From Tubulanus polymorphus (taxonomy: Eukaryota; Animalia; Nemertea), in contig NC_134026.1 in assembly GCF_964204645.1 (NCBI RefSeq), positions 20,990,150-21,054,149 on the forward strand: a stretch of DNA of 64,000 nt. The letters run 5' to 3'. The notes under the pieces are model-generated. The model did not search any database. It saw nothing but the letters and a program-made list of their open reading frames with translations, and had not been told where the DNA came from. Each line of letters opens with the position of its first letter. Position 1 is the stretch's first letter. The position numbers and the translations under genes were made by a program. Below, in pieces: positions 33,834 through 45,409 of the stretch.

Positions 33834-36805
33834 ATTTACATGAATTTTATATAAGTAATAGGAAAAGTGGGCTTTCAAAAAGTGTGAGTAAAGTGTGAGT
33901 GAAATAATTCATATTTAAATCATTGAATATTTATATTTATATGCGTTGGATTCATTTTAATAAAAGTTTTGTTATTGAAATGAAGAAAGAAGAAGAAGAA
34001 CCCAACTTCAAAATCGAAATAAAAGAAACCAATAAATTATTTTCACAGTTTAACATTAAAAATTATATTTCAGCAACAAATTTAGTGCCCGCAAGGTATT
34101 ATAAAATTGATAATATTACTATGATTAATCAAATATTATCAAATGAAACATATTTAATTACTGAACTAGTAGATACTTTTGATAATGGAATAAAAAATCC
34201 TAAAATATTCAATACAGTTTTAAATTTTAAAGGAATTTTAGATGAAAACATAATTAATATTCTTAAAACTCCTTTCAATGAAAAAAAAGTGATATAATAC
34301 TTTCTAAAGATTACAATGATTTGATTAACTTAATAATTGAAAAAAGACAATTATATTATTTCAATTTTGATAATAAACAAATTATCTATAATGAAAATTC
34401 ATCAAATATTGGTATTCAATGTGAATTAGATAATGAAAAATCATTTAAAGATATTGCAGTTCAATGTAATTTAGATGATGAATTTAGAAAATTCAATCCT
34501 AATGAAAAAATTCATTGTTATTGCGGAGGTAAATATTCAAAATCACATAAATCAAAGCATTATGAAACAATTAAACATAAAAACTGGCGTAAAGAGTAAC
34601 AATTCTACATTAAAAATAAATTAAATAGTCAAATAATTATTGAATTGAGTTAAATGATTTAAATATCTAATAGACTGTTAAAATGATAAATTGTTTGACA
34701 GTTGAAATGATAAATTGTTTGACAGTTGAAATGATAAATTGTTTGACAGTTGAAATGATAAATTGTTTGACAGTTGAAATGATAAATTGTTTGACAGTTG
34801 AAATGATAAATTGTTTGACAGTTGAAATGATAAATTGTTTGACAGTTGAAATGATAAATTGTTTGACAGTTGAAATGATAAATTGTTTTACAGTTGAAAT
34901 GATAAATTGTTTGACAGTTGAAATGATAAATTGTTTGACGGTTGAAATGATAAATTGTTCGACTGTTAAAATGTTAAATTGTTTGACAGTTGAAATGATA
35001 AATTGTTTGATAGTTGAAATGTTAAATTGTTTTACAGTTGAAATGATAAATTGTTTGACAGTTGAAATGATAAATTGTTAGACAGTTGAAATGATAAATT
35101 ATTTGACTGTTAAAATGTTAAATTGTTCGACTGTTGAAATGTTTAATTGTTCGACTGTTGAAATGTTAAATTGTTTGACAGTTGAAATGATAAATTGTTT
35201 GGCAGTTGAAATGATAAATTGTTTGACAGTTGAAATGATAAATTGTTTGACAGTTGAAATGATAAATTGTTTGACAGTTGAAATTATAAATTGTTTGACA
35301 GTTGAAATGATAAATATTTTAAATAGATTCAATAAAAAAAACATTAGAATTGAATAAGTTAGTGTTGTTAAAGAGACCTATTGTTTTTCTAATGTTTTTC
35401 TAATATTTCTAGAGCGTGTGAGAATTATTTTTCATTTTTTTATGAGTTTCGCGACTAATTCAAGTAGAAATTGTTATTATTTTCATGTTTTTCATTTTTT
35501 ACGAGCTCGACCTTTCGACCTTTGGCTTGAACCAACTAAACCCCTATTACTGATAACCTTATCGATACTTGTTTGCTGCGTGAATAGGGACGCCGATATC
35601 GGTGCAGGTTTCGGAACTAAAGATAGAAATTAATTTTCATTTGATAAATCAACATAGCTAGGTCAGAGCTAGAAAACAGAGTGCAAAGACTCATCTCGTC
35701 GGGATTTTCCGACTGAGCATTCTAACATGATTTATGTATTTAGGAAATAACGGTTCTAGAAAATCGTACCGATACTTGTTTGCTGTGTGACTAGGGATGC
35801 CGATGTTGGTGCAGGTTTCGTAACTAAAAATAGAAATCAATTTTCATTTGATAAATCAACATAGCTAGGTCGGAGTCTCGTTTGCATCTAATGAAAACCA
35901 CAAGGAAATGTTCAAATCATCTAATTAAATACTTTATATCATTTACCCGAATTCAAATTCCCTGTTTCTACTTAGTCGATTCTATATACTGATTCTGTAT
36001 CTACACACATTTTTTGGTTATGTTAACTGAATATCGATTGACCAATCTTTGTCTATATTTACCTATTTTCAAATCATCCGGCCAGGTGTTCCAGAATTGA
36101 CAGCGCCAGTAGCCCACATAATTGTAATCAGCCTGGCTGATTCTTACGGAAAGTATGCCAACATCGACATCACACAATTCCTAAAAAAAACGTCCATTAT
36201 ATCGCAATTATGCTTTCGTCAATAACCAAACTCACCATACAATCAACCTACGCGTAGTATGTTTAAACTAAAACTACTTTATTTCTAGAACTTTAACTAG
36301 AAAATCTGATCTGTCATCTTTGTAGTAGCTTTTATTCTTAAACGTTAACGATCATGAAATGTGTAAGATGTATACATTTTCGACTATAGTCGACTAACTC
36401 AACTCAAGGTGGCCCAGTCTGCTGCGGGGGACTCCCCCACAAAAAGTTTTGAAATTCTAAAATCCAATCTCCCCAACAAGCGAGGTTAAATGGAGCAACA
36501 CACTGACTATTCGCCCTACAGTTGTTTATTTCGGTTTTCTAGTTCTAAGTATGGAAGTTTCATGTTAGGAAAAGAATGATTCAATTTGATGAACTACATG
36601 AAAATCAGTTTACCATTTCCACAGTCTGTTGGAAAGGCGGAACACACGCCTCAGCCACCGTTTCGAAAAGCGTGGTTCCTGGCCGTTTATGTCGCAGTAA
36701 GAACGGACCAGTTTCATTATTGCAGATATTGTTGCGACGGCAAGTTATCTGCACGCTGTCACCATCGTACGCAGATGTTGCATTCATGTAGATTGAAACG
36801 TTTCC
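32673..36805 (-). CDS. Single-pass type I membrane protein with an Ig-like ectodomain (5' exon not located)
   Basis: Phase-consistent exons: GNVSIYMNATSAYDGDSVQITC... (~36614-36805); ELCDVDVGILSVRISQADYNYVGYWRCQF (~36063-36180); Thr/Ser/Pro stalk VTKPAPTSASLVTQQTSI (~35770-35823); ECSVGKSRGDESSQSVF (~33506-33556); and TM plus basic tail (32673-32854). Confidence 0.62.
33980..34599 (+). pseudogene. Element cargo ORF (~205 aa if one frameshift in an A8 run is repaired) ending in a CxC...H...H zinc-binding motif
   Basis: ORFs 33923-34297 and 34321-34599 join through the A-run at ~34281-34288 (NEK-SDIILSKDYNDLINL). C-terminus is IHCYCGGKYSKSHKSKHYETIKHKNW. Confidence 0.55.
34673..35316. repeat. 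24-bp minisatellite (~27 copies) inside the element
   Basis: Unit GTTGAAATGATAAATTGTTTGACA, head-to-tail with minor variants. Confidence 0.97.
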
Positions 36806-37707
36806 TATAAAACATATCACAATAAGATTGACAAGTCGAAAAGAAGTAAAAGATTTGCTGGTGTCCAGGACAGGAGATGCGCGTCAACCAAGCATTCAAA
36901 ATAAATCGAGTAAAAATGAAAGTTGGTTTTTGCCAGGGCGGAAAAAAAACGAAAAATCATATAACAAAAACCAATCTTTTTATAATCTTTGTGCTCCGTA
37001 ATGTTTTTATCAGGGTGCATAAACGAAGTTTTCGTCTTTTTGCGTTACAAGTTTCTTGCATTTTCCGGTCGTATAGAAAATAATGCATGGCCCTTAATCA
37101 GACACTACCTGAGATCATGGATAAATCTGGTGCAAAACATTTGCCACATCACTTGTGTGAGGCCTAGTGTGAGGTAAATGAGGGGCACATTTAAACTCAC
37201 CCAGTTTAGTAGATGATTCTACTGACGAAAACATGATTAGTATGACTAACAAACTAAAATCCATTGCAGACCCATTCGCACTAAGGTCATGTCTGGAAAT
37301 AATTTCCTATTTGAAGCTTTTTATCATGCCTTTTGAATCAGTAATTGATGTTTGATTGGATTTAGATATGTTTATTTCTATATAGGGGCTATTTGTAGCG
37401 AAACTATCTGTCTATAATTGGCAAAATATTGAGCCTGTGACAACTGGCGGTGGTTTTTCAGTGGCAGACAAATCTGAAAAGAAAGTGGAAGTTTTAGAAA
37501 TCTATTTGGGATTAGAAAATGTTCCAAAATGTTACTGAACGAGGTAGAAATAATAACGTACGCGTTACAAAAGAAAAAGACATAGCAAAATTTAACGCCG
37601 ATGCTGAAGGCAGGCACCTCCGAAACCACAGCGAGACGAGCGTCAAAAATGTCCTCTGGTAAGCGAGGTAACCTCAAGATGGCGGTAGCGTACGGTCCTA
37701 AACAAAG

Positions 37708-40700
37708 ATGGACGCCGTGGATGAAAAACTTCCCGTGGTCGTATCTGCGACTGCAAAAAACAGGCGCAGGGTTTTTACTGGAGGGAAAGGTAAGGCCTTA
37801 ATCTATCGTAGATATTTTTCTTGATGGCTAGAAATCGTATTCAGCGCTTGTTATAATCGCGTTTACGCGTGAACGCGTTTCCAACGATCGCACATCACTA
37901 CACTACACAGACCTAATCGTTGGTGGTAAGCTTTTTTAAGAGGTTGGGCTTTATGAAAATACCTGACCACAGACAAGTTATTGCCTACCAGGCCCCACGA
38001 CCATCCAAGTCCCATCTGTCCATTGTTGATCAGACCAATCAGATTGATCATACCTTCTTCAATTCTTCATTCAATTGATTATTTCAATGTTGTTGTAGAC
38101 GCGACGGGGTTTGGAATTCCATTTGGTTGAAATAATTAGTTACTCTTCATAATTTACTACCGTCTAAGTAAATTATTTGTTTGGCTAGGCCTGCTCTAGT
38201 ATCACTATCAGGGCATTTTTAAGCTTGCAGAGCTGTGGCGTAGAGGCGGCATGGAGGGGGCCAGGCTGCATATATTTTAATGACTCTTGATGCATTTGTT
38301 TAACCCCAGAGACCAGTATCTCAATTTGCACTGGTACCGCAGAAAACTAAAAGCGACTGCAGTTTGGGTGGTAAATGTTAGGCCTACCATATTAGCGTCT
38401 AATATTATATGTTTCTTTGATTGACAGGTGTTCGAAAGTTGGCTCATCAAGTTCCTGATGATATTCTTAATGATCCACAGATAAACAAAGCAATAGCTCA
38501 GGTAACACATCTTAACTAGGTACCGTATGAGAAGCGTATGGACAATGAGTTGTGGACAATGTCATAGCCTCCCTTTGCTGTAACAATGGCTAGATATCAG
38601 GCTAGCCTACTGGTACCGATGAGCAATCTTTGGTTACTTTGATTAGCTTGAATTTTCATTGCAGCTTCCTGAAAATTACAACTTCGAAATACACAAAACC
38701 ATATGGAGAGTAAGAAGCACGAATGCAAAGAGAGGTATGTCTATTAGGCCTATGCATTTAAGTTGATATTTCATCATGATATGAATAGTGAAATTAATGG
38801 TAATATTGAAATGAAAGAAATATATCAATGATGATTATTCCAGCCGACACAATTGAGATTTTGACATCCTTCTTGGCATGGCCTCTGGAGTTTTGATGGT
38901 GTTCTTGATAAAGTCCAGTCCATTAAAATTTAATATGTATTTTCTAGACACTTGTTTTCTTTCATTTCAGTTGCTCTGCAGTTCCCCGAAGGATTACTCA
39001 TATTCGCCTGCACGATAGCGGATATCATTGAAAGGTTCGTGTCTGAAAAATGAAATGCATTATTAACTCTTTTAACTGGCTCCATCAAATGGGGACAATT
39101 ATGATGAAATTGAACACAAAGGCAAAACGATGCCACAGTCTAGAGTTTTTCAAAAAAAACGTACGAAAGAGTTAAAGCATTTCTCAAATTGTTGTCTATA
39201 TATAGACTTTTAACCTCAGTAGGTGGCTGGAATGATGAAAACCTGGATTTTGTTTTAGATTTCACTTCAAGTGATTAGATGGGTACTTTGTACTATTGAA
39301 TGTCCTGGCCAAATATAAGTTACCTGGTTTCGTAACGATTTGAGCTAACCACATATTAGCTGTAAACTCACAATTCTCATTTTCATTGTGAGAGAGTGCA
39401 CACAGTGGCCGAGAGATTTGACCATCAGTCCCTGTTCAATCATGGGTTTGATTCTTCGTGGTTTCTTTTCTGGCCTCTCGCCCAAAAATAGGGAAAAAGA
39501 AACTTTGAACCTGATGATTTGATTGATTTGGTTTGATGATTATCAAATGATCATAATGCCCTGAGGAGGTCAGCTGCTCAAAAGTAAGAGTTGACAAAGT
39601 GACATTTAAAACTTCATTGTTACCATGGTATTCATTTGACAAATATAACTTTAACCAACTTTTGAGCAACTTACCCCTGATTGCTGTTCATTTGGTTGAA
39701 TGATGGAAAAATGTGATACAAATTAGAGCCTTGATTGTTATTCTATTCTATATTTGGAGTAACGTTCTTTTTATCGTATTGTTTATGAAGGTTTACCAGC
39801 GCCGACACATTGATTATGGGTGATGTGACGTACGGCGCTTGTTGCGTCGACGATTACTCGGCGAAGGCTCTTGGCGCTGAATTGATGGTTCATTACGGAC
39901 ACAGTTGTCTCATACCGATCGATAAAACGGAGGGAATTCAAATGTTGTACGTTTTCGTCGACATCAAAATCGATCCGAAACATTTCATTGATACGGTGAA
40001 GCACAATTTCGTGCCCGGGACGTCACTTGCAATGGTCAGCACGATACAGTTCGTTACAACGTTACAGGTTTGTCTATTTTTAGTAATAATGCTGATAATT
40101 TATTGCCATAATTCCCATATGAAATATGGCTCTTTAGCTTACAAATGAAGATGCATGAATTAAAGAAAATTATGTAAAACAACAATTAGACATAAAGGAG
40201 TACTTTAGAATAAACTTTAACAAGCCACAGACAACGGTTCTTGGGCTCAGGCTCAAATTTGGAACTCTGAAATTCCCATGCATTAGTTTTCATTGCATTT
40301 TTGATATGTTGTATCTAGGGCCAATAATTGAATTTTGACACAACTTTCTGAAATTCAAGGTGTCGTGCAACAACAAAAAACAGTTTTTAGTGCCTAGTTC
40401 TGCCACTAGCTTGTGCACTAGCTAGGCCCATTCTTTTCACTGCACAACTAGACCTCCATGCTAACTTTGAACCCAAGTTTCACAAAGACAGACATACAAA
40501 AAGGGTCTTGTAAGCCTGAAAACCAATAATTCTATCTACGTAATTCTATGGAATTATTGTGTTTCAGTCAGTGAAAGAAAATTTGAGTGACGATTTCAAA
40601 ATCACGATTCCACAGTCAAAACCTCTGTCTCCTGGTGAAATTCTCGGCTGTACATCACCGAAACTGGATGGAGTTGATGCTTTAATGTGAGTTGCTTTAC

Positions 40701-42523
40701 TTCATCGAATAATAGATCCGATGATGTTGGTTCCTTGCAGCTTTCCGGTAAAATGTGTAAACTTTTGCGGCATTGACCAGGGGCCGGTTACATAGTCATA
40801 AGATAGTCTTAAGATTTAAGACCACTTATGGACTAAAGTCTCGACTGTGCAACTGGCCCCTGAAGCCTTACCTGGTTGTTATGCCGTTATTCAGGATAAT
40901 GGCATACTGGGGCAGGTCAACATCCTGAATATTCAATGAATGATACGCATGGAATGAAGTTAGTGTACATTGAAATTTCTAAAACTTCTATTTTCAGATA
41001 TTTGGGTGATGGGCGCTTTCATTTGGAATCAATTATGATCGCAAATCCACACGTACAAGCTTACAGGTACTGGTGGTTGAGATAGATGTTGTTGATAACA
41101 ATGATACATTCTTTAGCTCCCTGATTTGAACTGATAACCAAAAAACCTGGTTCCTTGCAAACGTGCGAAAAACTTGCTGTGTAGCTTTCATTATGTCTGC
41201 ATTCTAGTTTTCATGTTAAGGTTGACAATCTTATTTTTCTGTCGTCTGCAGGTATGACCCTTACAGTAAAGTATTCTCTCAGGAGTACTATGACATCGAA
41301 AAGATGAAACACAATCGAAAGTGTGCGATAGATCAAGCTAAAAACGCGAATAAGTTCGGCATCATATTCGGGACATTAGGAAGACAAGGATCACCTAACA
41401 TATTAGAGGTTCGTCACACGATATCTGAAACGTGAGCTAACAATAATTCTAAACTAGGGGTCCAGGGAATGATCAACAAATTGGCAATTTCAATATTCGT
41501 GAATAATGAATCAGTTCCCTAGATATAGTTAGCGAACATAGTTACAAGTAAGTGGACTCGGTGCAGTTCATTGCTGACTTGATGAAAATTCATCAAAGTT
41601 CGTGGTCCTTAAGTGGGATTATTAAGCAATTTTTCCGACTACTAAAACCATCGGTTGAGTCTGCTTTATGGATTTTTAAATTCATTTTCCATGAAATACC
41701 AGTACCTGTATCTTTTCTTCTAGCACCTCAAAAATAGGATCAAAGCTATTGGAAAGTCGTACATAACAATCCTGCTATCTGAAATATTTCCCGAAAAACT
41801 TAAACAATTCAAAGATGTTGATGCGTAAGTAGTAAATAATGTTCTCCATTCTTTCGTTTGGTTGGCCAATAGAGGAATGCTGTTAATTTGATATTTATTT
41901 TACAGTTTCATCCAGATAGCTTGTCCAAGATTATCCATCGATTGGGGAACTGCATTTGACAAGCCTTTACTCACGCCTTATGAGGTAAATATTTTTCTTT
42001 AGAGCAATCATTTGCATAGTTTGACTGATTTGAGCCAAATACTACAGATTTTTTTTTGTTGTAGTATTTTTAGGGTAGGAAAACCCTCATGTTCTGAGTT
42101 TTAGCCCTTGGCCCCTCAAATTTTAAAAATAAGACTGATTCATTGTTCTATTTGCTAAGAGGGAAGAGTGATCAAGATAGCTTGTAATTTCAAATTTATC
42201 GTGTATTAATATTTTTCCAGGCATCGGTCGTATTAGACAGTATTGAATGGCAGGATACCTACCCGATGGACTTCTATGCGAACAACAGCTTAGGAGCGTG
42301 GACGGTCAATCACGAATCACATCGGCCCGCTCGACCCGCGCGTGCCAAACTGCAAAAAACTCTCCCTAATGCCAAACGTAAAGATGAACCTGCTGTCGAT
42401 ACCGGGACAACTGCGGATATAAGCGCTAGTGTCGATACAAGCTCTGGAATAAGTGACGATACAAAGAGTAAAGAAAGTTGTGGAAAATGTGACGATTGCG
42501 ACTGTAATGTGCCTCAATATTGA
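37708..42523 (+). CDS. DPH1: Diphthamide biosynthesis protein 1 (2-(3-amino-3-carboxypropyl)histidine synthase subunit 1), multi-exon
   Basis: Exons encode [104 protein letters not shown] and YPMDFYA. AATAAA lies just after the stop. Confidence 0.96.
40778..40862. mobile_element. Short palindromic MITE in a DPH1 intron
   Basis: CAGGGGCCGGTTACATAGTC ... GACTGTGCAACTGGCCCCTG inverted termini. Confidence 0.6.
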
Positions 42524-43280
42524 AAAATAAATATTTCCTTATTCTTTTCAAAAAAAGAATTGGTTATGGTTTATGCATTCTTATGAATGATAGTGAGATA
42601 AATGTTTGCCAAAACTTTCGACATCAATTTGCTACGTATGCAAAATTGCATAGATGATTTTGAGATACATTGGCCCTCATAGGATGTAAACTGTAAACTA
42701 TCGCTTATTTCAGTAAAGCCATGCGTTCCTAAGTCGAGTTAAGACCCTATTGATGCGAGTGCGATCCAGATACAGGAATTTCGGCGAAGATGTCATACGG
42801 TCGTTGCAGCCTCACTGAGCACCACGCAAGGCCTTGCTATCAAGTTCGATGTTTCTTTTTCGTAACTGATAGGAGAGAGGAATCGTCGATCAAGAAACTG
42901 TCGCTACCAGGATTCGAACTCAACAACCCTGAATTGACGAGACCAGCGCGGGGGCGGATCGAAGGGGAGGGGTTCCTAAAAATGTCGAGTTAATACCCGT
43001 TGAAATTCAACGGGAAAATGAAAAATATTAAACTGATACCTGAACAAGTTTAGATTCATAAGTTGTCCTGTTATTTCCATAAATGAGTTAATGTTTTGCG
43101 ATTGGTTTTTCTTCTGGGGTGCCCCTTTCAATCATATGATGTGTCCTATTTTGGACTGCACCCACCCATCCCCCTGATCCACCCTGGCAGCGACTGCAGC
43201 TTTGAACCACTTATATACCTATGTCGATATACCTATGTATACCTGGTATGGGAGAATTCTGGTTTCGAACCGCATGGTGG

Positions 43281-43387
<107 letters not shown>

Positions 43388-45409
43388 AATTTTTGAAGGG
43401 GAAACGTTAAAAGCAATAATCGTGTAAATATTTCAACAAAAGTTTTATTCATATTGTATATTCTTGTCAGTATTTATACAAACAAAAATTTAAAAAAAAT
43501 CTTCCACCCTTATTGTACTAGAGAGAGAGAGGGGGGAGGAGAGCGGGCACAAAATGCACAGGCTACTTGGAAATCCATTTCAACGTCGGTTTATTTTCTT
43601 CCGACCGATGATCTCTATCGCTCGCGTGCTACACTTTTTCATTCATCTCGTCTGTCAGTCATTAAAAGTCGTACACACACCGTGCCAACGCTCGTGATTA
43701 TATACATTTTCGAGATTCCCCTCGCCTCCGATAAAATACCCGAGCGCCATTCAACGCAGTTGCGTGACCGAATATTGTTACGATCGTTGGTCTATATTTA
43801 CATAAATTTATCCCTGGAAAAAGCGCAGCATGCATATTGCGGCGTTTTTCGTATTTCATTTACTACTCCCACGCTACGGAAGAACAACTCTATTGCCAGC
43901 GATAGTATTTATAGCATATGATGTTAAAATGAGTAAATGCCTCTTTTTATGTCACTTTCTCGCGCGCTGTTTCACCCGTTACAAAATCGAAGATACGCAC
44001 GCTTTAAAACATAGCGTTTTTTATACTTTTTAACAGTCAGTTAAAATATCTACAAACAACATGAAGAATACTGAGATATATTGCAAATTTTTCCTCGATA
44101 GCAACAGATACTTTTCACAGCAGCGAGAAAGCCCACGAGAGTTCCAGATAAATTCTCCGATCGCACCGTGCCAGTTTAGTTTCGTATTTTTATATCTATC
44201 AGATCAATTGTCGGTATCTATCGAATAATCGTCATACACCATGACCACTGGCTTGGCGCAAAAAGCTGTTTGTATCGCTCGTTTTCATTAGTCTATCTGC
44301 GTTTTTTGCTATATGTTCGCTTGTAGCGTGCCGTTTGCTACGGCGCCGCTGGAAACGGACAGATCTAGCATCCGGTCGCAACGCCTGAGATGTTCTTAAA
44401 TCTGAAATTTATAGAAACAATTGATATGCAGATCATATGTGTATTCAGCAAATGAACATAGAGGTACAATGTTGGAATACAGCAGGTTGACAATAGATGT
44501 AATCTGACGTCACAGCGTGTCGAGGTCAAACGCAAGCAGTTAAGAAGTAAATGACACAGTAATCGACCACCATGTCGCATGAGAAAGAAACCTGTGACGT
44601 CCTTGTATTACCTCTTAAAGGGTACGCACCATTCTTGGACGACGAAAAGCCGGTATAGGGTCCAATGCTAACAGCCGGTATGAAGGTTAAGGAATTTCTA
44701 AGCGTTTTAATGATAGACTAAAATGCTTGGGAACAAAACCAAACCAACCAATTTCAGAAAAACATTAACATGGAAATTAGCGTTTACTTTCGTAAAACCC
44801 GATCGTTATTTCAATAAAATAAATTAAACTTATTCTGTAGTACGTATATTCGTCACCGGGAAAGGCTCGGAATATCGCTTCGAAAAATACTACCCATGGC
44901 CTCATTAAACATGATCTTCACTTTGATTGTTACATTAGGTTGGCCTGGCATTTACCCACACTCGCAACCATTTTCCCACACCGAAATACGCCATATTTTA
45001 TTGAAATTGTGCTGACTATAGTTTTCTATCGTAGATCCTTGATTCATTTCGTGAGAATCATCGATCAGTACTGAAATACCTCGGACAGGTAATAGCGATT
45101 AACAAAATACGAAATCCCATCCATACGCCTACATCATAAGCACCCTGAATCAAGTTCCTAAAACAAGTTCACTGACGTCTATAATGCGTATTATTGTTTA
45201 AGACACACGTATCGCGTTATCTAGCTAATAAACTACAACGCAGTTTAGGATACAAATATCTTTCGGTTTCGGAACCTTTGTAATATATAGGTATATATTG
45301 CGTCAGCTCGTTTACGTTATATTCAGGTGAAAAATTCTTGCCGGCTTGTAAAAATAATTTTTCCGGATAATGTACTTTCAGAAATATGGTTGCCGCTCCT
45401 GCTGCATTT

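Larger units (their letters stand above)
33600..35551. mobile_element. Complete 1,952-bp non-autonomous Polinton/Maverick-like element
   Basis: About 140-bp near-perfect TIRs (33600-33738, 35412-35551), AGT...ACT termini, 6-bp TSD GATAAT/GATAAC, and an empty site in the adjacent duplicate. No integrase or polymerase is present. Confidence 0.82.
33508..35875. repeat. ~205-bp tandem duplication; copy 1 (33508-33599 + 35552-35668) interrupted by the element, copy 2 (35672-35875) empty
   Basis: AAAACAGA..AAGACTCATCTC..GGGATTTTCCGACTGAGCATTCTAAC...CGGTTCTAGA and GATACTTGTTTGCTG...ATAGCTAGGTC each occur twice. Confidence 0.9.

Noticed and set aside
34673-35316. CRISPR-like array and the MINCLTVE repeat ORFs
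   Set aside because: The units are contiguous with no unique spacers, there are no cas genes and the context is eukaryotic. The ORFs are a by-product of a 24-bp unit.
42880-42940. B-box-like GAGTTCGAATCC on the minus strand (tRNA/SINE)
   Set aside because: No matching A-box or cloverleaf and no second copy in the window; at most a SINE remnant.
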